DNA of 47,840 nucleotides, from the NCBI GenBank assembly GCA_030637895.1, contig DAOWFP010000085.1, positions 1-47,840 on the forward strand, read 5' to 3'. Position 1 is the first letter of the stretch. The number at the start of each line of letters is the position of its first letter. The stretch is from Bacteroidota bacterium. GTDB lineage: Bacteria > Bacteroidota > Bacteroidia > Bacteroidales > GCA-2748055. Positions 41,938 to 47,840 of this stretch are shown one piece after another. Under the pieces are notes generated by a model. That model was not told the origin of the DNA and ran no database searches. It worked only from the letters and a program-made list of their open reading frames with translations. A program made the translations under genes and the position numbers.

Positions 41938-43704
41938 ATGCACAGGATACCTTTGATAGTCGTGATGGTGGTAACGATACTGTTGCCGGGATCCACAGCG
42001 GCATGTTCTGCCGAGGACGATACCCTGAATGTTGCACTGGAAAAGCGCATTCATAAGCTGATGCGTAAGCAGAACCTTCCGGGACTTGCCATCGCCATCG
42101 TTGATGACCAGAAGGTCCTCTACCAGGAGGCATTTGGCCTGGCAGATCTGGAAAACAACATCCAGGCAAGCACCGGGACAGTTTTCAGGTTGTGGTCCGT
42201 GTCCAAGTTATTTACGGCCCTGGAGCTATTCAGGGAGGTGGAAGCGGGCCTGGTGAATCTTGATGACCCCCTGCTCGAATATCTCCCGGAGTTCACCATT
42301 CAAAGCCGGTCAGCAGAGGAGCAAACAATCACTGTAAAAAGTGTCATGGCGCACAGATCCGGCTTACCAAGAAACGAGTGCGTTTCAAAGCCCGGTGCCG
42401 TCGCAGATCCCCTGAGGCTTGATAAATTTGAAACAGAAGTGGCCGATTGTTTCCTGGCCTTCCCGGAAGGGACCAGGTACCACTATTCCAACCTGGGTTA
42501 TGATCTCCTTGGCAGGATCATAGAAGAGAACCGCCATGAGGGCTTTGCTCCCTATATGAAAAAATATATGTTCGAGGCGCTGGGCATGAATCACACCACT
42601 TTCAGTTCTGCAGATCTGGGGGACTCCTCCGTACTGGCTGGCGGATATGAATTTTACAAGGGAGAGTTTTACCCAGTGATCCGGTCGGATATCAACAGTG
42701 TCCCGTCTGGCAACCTCTATTCCACCATTGAGGACATGTCACTTTTTCTCACCTCGGTTTTCGATCAAAAAATCTTTGCATATGAAGAGACGATGCCCAG
42801 CATGTACGTGGATCATTTCAGTACAGAGGACGACCCGGAAACCATGGGCCTGGGATGGAAGACCACCACCTTAGAGGGCTCCGATTTGCTGGTGTGGCAT
42901 GATGGCGGGCCCTCTGATGGTACGGGAGCTCTGATTGCCATGTTGCCTTCCCGGAAGATGGGTATCATCCTTATTGGAAACGGGACCACCTTTTCGGGCA
43001 GTGTTTCCCTGCCTTTCGCCATGGAGATCTTCCAGGTTCTGCTTGACTCAAAAAATGAAAAGGCCGATGATCATCCTCATAAGCCGGAAAGGATAAAGAA
43101 AATGGTGCGACCCCTGGAGACATATGAAGGCACCTATGCAGCATTTGGTCAACTCATAGAAGTAAAAGCAAAAAACAGGAAATTGAAAGGAAAGATCGGA
43201 GGCCTTGGGCTGGAGATGATCCCTGAGCATGACTCAACTTTCAGGGTCACCCACTGGCTCCATAAAATCGGGCTCACAAGGATCTTTAAGCCTCCCATCG
43301 CCTTCGATCAGATCCATATCACATTCTGCAACAGTAAAACTCCCGAAGCACCTGGCATGATTATCAACCTGAACAATATTTCATTTGAAATATGTCCCAG
43401 GTACCCGGACCATCTCATCGAGCAGGGCGGATGGGAGAAACTGGTGGGTGAGTACCGGATGGCCGATCGGCTGCCGGATAACAAGCCCGGAGCCTTCACC
43501 GGCCCCGTTTTCAATATCACACCGGTCGATCATACCCTGGTGATGTCCGGTGTTTTCGGACCTGTAGTTCCTGTGAATGATCATTGCCTGGAGATCATGA
43601 GCGGACCTTTTGCCGGCGAGACCATAGAATACGATTCTGCCACAGGATTCCTCATTCACCAGAACGCTGTCTTAATTCCTGCTAATCAGAAACAAGAAGT
43701 GTAA
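41938..43704 (+). CDS. Beta-lactamase-family (class C / esterase-type) serine hydrolase with an extra C-terminal domain, secreted
   Basis: The ATG at 41938 (track TTG at 41914) gives MHRIPLIVVMVVTILLPGSTAAC. Motifs: S.xK in LWSVSKLF, Y.N in HYSNLGY, and WHDGG in place of the KTG/HxG box. Confidence 0.85.
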   Translation: MHRIPLIVVMVVTILLPGSTAACSAEDDTLNVALEKRIHKLMRKQNLPGLAIAIVDDQKVLYQEAFGLADLENNIQASTGTVFRLWSVSKLFTALELFREVEAGLVNLDDPLLEYLPEFTIQSRSAEEQTITVKSVMAHRSGLPRNECVSKPGAVADPLRLDKFETEVADCFLAFPEGTRYHYSNLGYDLLGRIIEENRHEGFAPYMKKYMFEALGMNHTTFSSADLGDSSVLAGGYEFYKGEFYPVIRSDINSVPSGNLYSTIEDMSLFLTSVFDQKIFAYEETMPSMYVDHFSTEDDPETMGLGWKTTTLEGSDLLVWHDGGPSDGTGALIAMLPSRKMGIILIGNGTTFSGSVSLPFAMEIFQVLLDSKNEKADDHPHKPERIKKMVRPLETYEGTYAAFGQLIEVKAKNRKLKGKIGGLGLEMIPEHDSTFRVTHWLHKIGLTRIFKPPIAFDQIHITFCNSKTPEAPGMIINLNNISFEICPRYPDHLIEQGGWEKLVGEYRMADRLPDNKPGAFTGPVFNITPVDHTLVMSGVFGPVVPVNDHCLEIMSGPFAGETIEYDSATGFLIHQNAVLIPANQKQEV

Positions 43705-44110
43705 TAGTATCCTGCAGAATTATACTATCCGTAATGAGGTGATTTTTGTCAATGATGGTTTGCACCAGTTGATAGGATCCTGCGTTAAGCTGCCCAATAA
43801 TTGTTGTGTCGAGCTGTGGACTGCATGGCGCCATCATCAGGCTATTAACAAACCTCTTGTATCCTATCTGGTTTCCCTGGAAACTCAGTATGACTTCAGA
43901 TTCAGTCCCGCATATTTTCTCGATGACGCTGATCTGATCATCACTATCCGGATAACAGGGAATTACATACAGCTCATACAATTCCAGGTCATTCAATTCC
44001 AGCTCATTCAATTCCAAGTGTTCAACATCCTGTTTTTCACAACTCGCCAGGCCTGAACCCATCAGAAGACAAACAATGAGAACAAATATGCATTTAACGA
44101 TCCTGTTCAT
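43682..44110 (-). CDS. Hypothetical lipoprotein containing a short ELxxL pentapeptide repeat
   Basis: Lipobox GSGLASC. HLELNELELNDLELYEL is encoded by a 15-bp tandem repeat. Its 3' end overlaps the convergent hydrolase gene by 23 nt. Confidence 0.6.
   Translation of the reverse strand: MNRIVKCIFVLIVCLLMGSGLASCEKQDVEHLELNELELNDLELYELYVIPCYPDSDDQISVIEKICGTESEVILSFQGNQIGYKRFVNSLMMAPCSPQLDTTIIGQLNAGSYQLVQTIIDKNHLITDSIILQDTITLLVSD
43970..44023 (-). repeat. In-frame 15-bp tandem repeat, about 3.6 copies (caattccagSteatt-type units)
   Basis: Plus-strand reading: cagctcata / caattccaggtcatt / caattccagctcatt / caattccaagtgttc. Confidence 0.8.
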
Positions 44111-44182
44111 AGGAGTTTGTTTCTTTTAATGCAAGATGCATCCTCACCCAGCTTGGTTGCTTGTAAAATTAGGATACTAAAA

Positions 44183-44596
44183 TTATTGCTCTCGATACTC
44201 ACTTATTTCAAATAGATGGCCATCGGGATCGTAAAAGAAACATCGGGTCTCGGCTCCTCTCGTAATTGGAGGTGTAATAAAATCAGCTCCATTTTGCTTT
44301 AATATTTCATAGGATTTAGTGCAATTCTTTACCCGAATGGTAAAAGAGTGGCTGATTGAGTTTTTATCCTTTGGCGCTACAAAATGTGTATCGGGCTTGT
44401 CCTTGCTTGGTCCCCCGGGAGTCACAAGCAAGATCCAATTACCAAGAAACTCAAGGACCAGGGAGTCACCACCGTATTCACGAAATATCTTTGCTCCCAG
44501 TACATCAACGTAAAATGATTTTGATATAGCCATATCCGACACAACCAAAATCGTTGTTAATGCAGAAGCTTCAAAAGGATTATTCTTTATGTGCAT
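44183..44596 (-). CDS. VOC-family (glyoxalase / bleomycin-resistance fold) protein
   Basis: The N-terminal ILVVSDMAISKSFYVDVLGAKI and C-terminal CFFYDPDGHLFEISE are typical beta-alpha-beta-beta-beta module signatures. Confidence 0.7.
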   Translation of the reverse strand: MHIKNNPFEASALTTILVVSDMAISKSFYVDVLGAKIFREYGGDSLVLEFLGNWILLVTPGGPSKDKPDTHFVAPKDKNSISHSFTIRVKNCTKSYEILKQNGADFITPPITRGAETRCFFYDPDGHLFEISEYREQ

Positions 44597-44711
44597 AAGG
44601 CTTGCTTTTTTATACTCTCAAAGGTAAGCACTTCATTCCAGCAAATAAACCAGACCAGGATTGTCTCAATCAATCTGTATCTTCGTAAGACGGGAATGAA
44701 GACTGATACAT

Positions 44712-45260
44712 ATGAAATCTATAGAAGATATACTCAAAGATAGAAAGGCAACGGCGCAAGAGGCCTTAGAAGTTTTTGATCTTTTAGAAATGGTCCCGGT
44801 AGATTTTATGATCGGTAGATGGAAGGGCTTCGAGATTGATTCAAATCACCAGATGGATGGCCTTCTGGCAGCTACAGGATGGTATGGCAAACTATTCCTG
44901 AACCCGGAAGAGGTTCATCCTCTGTTGTTTTATACCAAAAACCTTACAGAGTTATACTCCGTAAATCCCAGGATTGTTCCCATGCACATGAGATTTCCCA
45001 AAACGGGTGTTGTTGGTATTTTAATGAGGCTGGCAAAGCCATTTCTTCAAACAAAAAAGTCTACTGCAAGACTAAGAATGATAGCATACCGGAACAGGGC
45101 GACAGCTACCATGTGTTATGATGAGAAGGCAATTATGGACCATTTCGCCAAAATTGATGATAATCGGGTAATGGGGATTATGGATTTAAAAGGGGTGGCT
45201 AAACCCTATATCTTTATCCTCGAAAGGGATGATGATTCAGACCTAAAACAAAATTTCTAA
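44712..45260 (+). CDS. GXWXG-domain / DUF4334-type protein
   Basis: IGRWKGFEI (GxWxG) followed by GWYGKLF and a C-terminal region ending GIMDLKGVAKPYIFILERD. The architecture is as in GXWXG+DUF4334 proteins. Confidence 0.65.
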   Translation: MKSIEDILKDRKATAQEALEVFDLLEMVPVDFMIGRWKGFEIDSNHQMDGLLAATGWYGKLFLNPEEVHPLLFYTKNLTELYSVNPRIVPMHMRFPKTGVVGILMRLAKPFLQTKKSTARLRMIAYRNRATATMCYDEKAIMDHFAKIDDNRVMGIMDLKGVAKPYIFILERDDDSDLKQNF

Positions 45261-45276
45261 TCTGAAAAGATAGTCA

Positions 45277-46056
45277 ATGGCATTTTATGGGAAAGTAGCC
45301 CTCATTACCGGGGGTGCAAGCGGAATAGGAAAAGTGCATGCCCTTCAATTGGCCAGCCAGGGAGCAGAAGTTGTTATTCTTGATATAGATGAATTAGGTA
45401 TAGCAGAATGCTCAGCTATAGCAGCTAACATCACCGCTCTTAAATGTGATGTAACGGACCTGCTTGATGTAGCTAAGGTTGTGGCAAAGGTTGAAGGCGA
45501 AATTGGTGCCATAGACCGTATGATACACTGTGCTGCTCTTATGCCCGGAGGCTTATTAAATGAAGTTTCCGCCGGGCAGGTTTCTGAGCTAATGACTGTT
45601 AACTATACTGGAATGGTGAACGTTTCACAAACGGTGCTGCCTTATATGATAAAAAGAAATGCCGGAGACTTTATCGTGTATGGATCTGTTGCAGGAATTG
45701 TAGTGACCAATAGATTTGGAGCTTATGGGGCCACAAAAGCAGCCACTAATTTTTATATGAAGGTATTAATGAATGAGAATAGAAGTACTAATATTCGATT
45801 TCAACTGGTTTGTCCTCCAGCCGTTGATACACCACTTATCAATCAGGCCATAGACAAGGGTCCCTATTTTTTAAAAGATATCCAAACGACCAGGAAAAAT
45901 CTGGTAAGTCCCGAGCTGGTAGTCGAAACAGTGGAAAAGTGTTTGGAAAAAGGAGTTAAGATAAATTACCCGGGGCCAGCAAAGTTGATCAGGATTCTTC
46001 ATCCTATTTTCCCGAACATGATTACCAGGATAGTCAACAAAAAGAACAGGGTTTAA
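45277..46056 (+). CDS. Short-chain dehydrogenase/reductase (SDR)
   Basis: TGGASGIG cofactor motif and YGATKAA (YxxxK) catalytic motif. It begins 16 nt after the preceding gene. Confidence 0.9.
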   Translation: MAFYGKVALITGGASGIGKVHALQLASQGAEVVILDIDELGIAECSAIAANITALKCDVTDLLDVAKVVAKVEGEIGAIDRMIHCAALMPGGLLNEVSAGQVSELMTVNYTGMVNVSQTVLPYMIKRNAGDFIVYGSVAGIVVTNRFGAYGATKAATNFYMKVLMNENRSTNIRFQLVCPPAVDTPLINQAIDKGPYFLKDIQTTRKNLVSPELVVETVEKCLEKGVKINYPGPAKLIRILHPIFPNMITRIVNKKNRV

Positions 46057-46095
46057 ACAGTGCCGTCAATTGCATATTTTTTTACTGTACCTCCA

Positions 46096-46743
46096 TTACA
46101 ATCTTCCTTCCTGGTTTCCTTTAATTCCGATGGCGCAGTAATTAACTTTGTCCTGTCCTTTTTTAGAAATTATCTCAACCTCCTTTAGAATCTTATCTGT
46201 TTTAAGAAGGTTTCTTACATCCTGAAGGGAATACAGCTGAAATATATTTTCATCCAGGTCCATTCTTTCCATTTCGTCTTTGCTATGAAAACCAAGAACC
46301 ATCATTCCATCAGCTTTTAATAAATCAATTGCTTTCGAGATAGTACTTACAGGATTATTCCAAAAGTATATAGTGTTGACTGAAAAGATTTTATCATAGG
46401 AGTTATTCTCAAATCGCAACTCGTCAAAGTTTCCAAGTCTGATTATTGCTTTCTTCTTAAGAACATGCCTTTTGTTCTTGTTTTTTGCCACAGAAATCAT
46501 TGTTTTTGAGAAATCTATACCTTCAATACTACCATTTTCCAACTCATTAGCAATGCGTTTGAGTAAAGATCCCGTACCACAACCTATTTCAAGAACATGA
46601 TCAGATTTTTTAATAGCCAGTGTCTCAATTACAAAATTATTAAGCTCTAAATTACCTTTATCGAAAATGCGAGACATAAATAAACGCCCGAATATTCCGG
46701 AGGGTTTTTTTGCTTGCTTTGAAAAATATGTAGAAAATCCCAT
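46096..46743 (-). CDS. Class I SAM-dependent methyltransferase
   Basis: Motif I VLEIGCGTG and post-I IEGIDFS. The length and layout are typical of Methyltransf_11/25 proteins. Confidence 0.85.
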   Translation of the reverse strand: MGFSTYFSKQAKKPSGIFGRLFMSRIFDKGNLELNNFVIETLAIKKSDHVLEIGCGTGSLLKRIANELENGSIEGIDFSKTMISVAKNKNKRHVLKKKAIIRLGNFDELRFENNSYDKIFSVNTIYFWNNPVSTISKAIDLLKADGMMVLGFHSKDEMERMDLDENIFQLYSLQDVRNLLKTDKILKEVEIISKKGQDKVNYCAIGIKGNQEGRL

Positions 46744-46781
46744 TACTTTTTCACTAACCAGGACTAAATATTCTTGTATAA

Positions 46782-47744
46782 TTACACCATGCTAATTACT
46801 ACATTACCTTTTTTGTGTCCTTTCTCGACATATCGGTGAGCCTCAGCAGTTTGTTCCAGAGGATAGCACTTATCAATGACCGGTTTGATCTTTCCCGCTT
46901 CAATAAGCTCTCTGAGGAAACTTAAATCTTCGATTTTATTGCCTATCCCAAATACCACTTTCCTGCTACCTGCTATTGAAGTCCAAAGTGCTGTAACAAG
47001 AGGGTAATCAACTGTAACAAAGATTCCCCTTGGTGTAAGCGAGTTTTTACATTTTGAAAAAGAAGTCTTCATTACAGTGTCGAAAATAAGATCGTAGCTC
47101 TGATCGCTTTTAGTAAAATCCTCCCTGGTGTAATCAACCACCCTATCGGCTCCAATAGATTTCACCATCTCGATATTCGTGGTGCTGCAAACACCGGTGA
47201 CTTCAGCTCCAAAGTACTTTGCAAGCTGTACCGCAAAGGTACCTACGCTTCCGGACGCTCCATAAATAAGGATTCTCTGCCCGCTACTGATTTCCCCTTT
47301 TCTAAGCAGGACAAGTGCTGTCAAACAACCGATTGGCACAGCAGCAGCTTCCTCAAAGGTCAAGTTGACCGGTTTAATTGCAACTTCATTTTCAAGCAGG
47401 CAGAGATACTCAGCATTTGCACCGCCAAAACTGATCGTCCAGGTAATTCCAAAAACCTGGTCTCCTACCTTAAATAGTGTTACATCTTTCCCAAGGGCTT
47501 CAATTTCACCGGATAATTCATTCCCTGGTATTTTCTTTCTCGGTTTTATGAGACCATACATAATTCGGCCCGGGAGCCAAAACCATGGAGCCCAGGTGAA
47601 ACTTCGAAGCCTTATGTCCCCTGATGCTACTGTGGAGGCATGAATTCTTACCAGTACTTCATTGTCTTTAGGAACAGGTTTTTTTACTTCCTTGAGCTGA
47701 AGAACCTCAGGTGGTCCGTATTTTGTGCATACTATTGCTTTCAT
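46782..47744 (-). CDS. Medium-chain dehydrogenase/reductase (zeta-crystallin / quinone oxidoreductase-like NAD(P)H-dependent oxidoreductase)
   Basis: The ATG at 47744 gives [36 protein letters not shown]. The nucleotide-binding motif is [19 protein letters not shown]. The track start at 47777 adds 11 unlikely residues. Confidence 0.85.
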   Translation of the reverse strand: MKAIVCTKYGPPEVLQLKEVKKPVPKDNEVLVRIHASTVASGDIRLRSFTWAPWFWLPGRIMYGLIKPRKKIPGNELSGEIEALGKDVTLFKVGDQVFGITWTISFGGANAEYLCLLENEVAIKPVNLTFEEAAAVPIGCLTALVLLRKGEISSGQRILIYGASGSVGTFAVQLAKYFGAEVTGVCSTTNIEMVKSIGADRVVDYTREDFTKSDQSYDLIFDTVMKTSFSKCKNSLTPRGIFVTVDYPLVTALWTSIAGSRKVVFGIGNKIEDLSFLRELIEAGKIKPVIDKCYPLEQTAEAHRYVEKGHKKGNVVISMV

Positions 47745-47840
47745 TATCCCTCTACTTTTGATAAAATTACGATTCATAAAAGACTATGTCCAGTTATTCG
47801 AGGTATTTCAAAGCACCTTTTCACCTTAATGCTTGCAAGG

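Noticed and set aside
43682-43704. 23-nt convergent overlap of the 3' ends of the serine hydrolase gene and the lipoprotein gene
   Set aside because: Short convergent overlaps are common and need no special explanation. No hairpin or other signal is seen in the overlap.
1-47840. CRISPR arrays, rRNA genes, integrases or prophage modules, known defence-system signatures
   Set aside because: I noticed no regularly spaced direct repeats, no rRNA-like conserved stretches and no recombinase, terminase or capsid-like ORFs. The only repeats are the short ones listed in the features.

Overview
The window looks like a chromosomal, accessory-rich region of a Bacteroidota genome. Support for that placement: two giant proteins carry T9SS type A and type B C-terminal sorting domains, many ORFs have lipoprotein signal peptides, and genes lack obvious Shine-Dalgarno spacing. 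I support about 38 protein-coding genes, one truncated gene remnant, one strong intrinsic terminator and a few short repeats. I found no rRNA, tRNA or CRISPR array.

Layout, left to right:
- 1-235: N-terminus of an IS605-family tnpB running off the left edge.
- 0.5-11.5 kb: a divergent pair of giant T9SS cargo proteins.
- 11.5-14 kb: an operon of a nagA-like gene and a divergent Nramp-like transporter.
- 14-19 kb: a predicted periplasmic redox cluster (Tat-signal Gfo/Idh/MocA oxidoreductase, two translationally coupled PQQ-like beta-propellers, Tat-signal nitroreductase).
- 19-27 kb: ceramidase-like gene, AT-rich hypotheticals, FN3 lipoprotein, signal-less gluzincin-like metallopeptidase, a beta-propeller with an EF-hand pair, and an inhibitory-type lipoprotein serpin.
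- 27.4-31.6 kb: beta-helix lipoprotein, Tat-signal enolase-superfamily enzyme and class IV aminotransferase.
- 31.7-37.4 kb: the most system-like locus (below).
- 37.4-47.8 kb: more AT-rich DNA with an FtsX-permease remnant, a fourth beta-propeller, a beta-lactamase-family hydrolase and a block of small redox, methyltransferase and VOC genes.

Best candidate for an undescribed system: a membrane TPR protein, then two tandem paralogous about 65-aa ORFs sharing a PLPIVWF-D motif and a C-terminal helix, then a B12-binding radical SAM enzyme, then a secreted TPR-like protein. I read this as a possible peptide or small-protein modification cassette, but that is inference only.

All functional calls come from motif recognition by eye. 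No database search was run.
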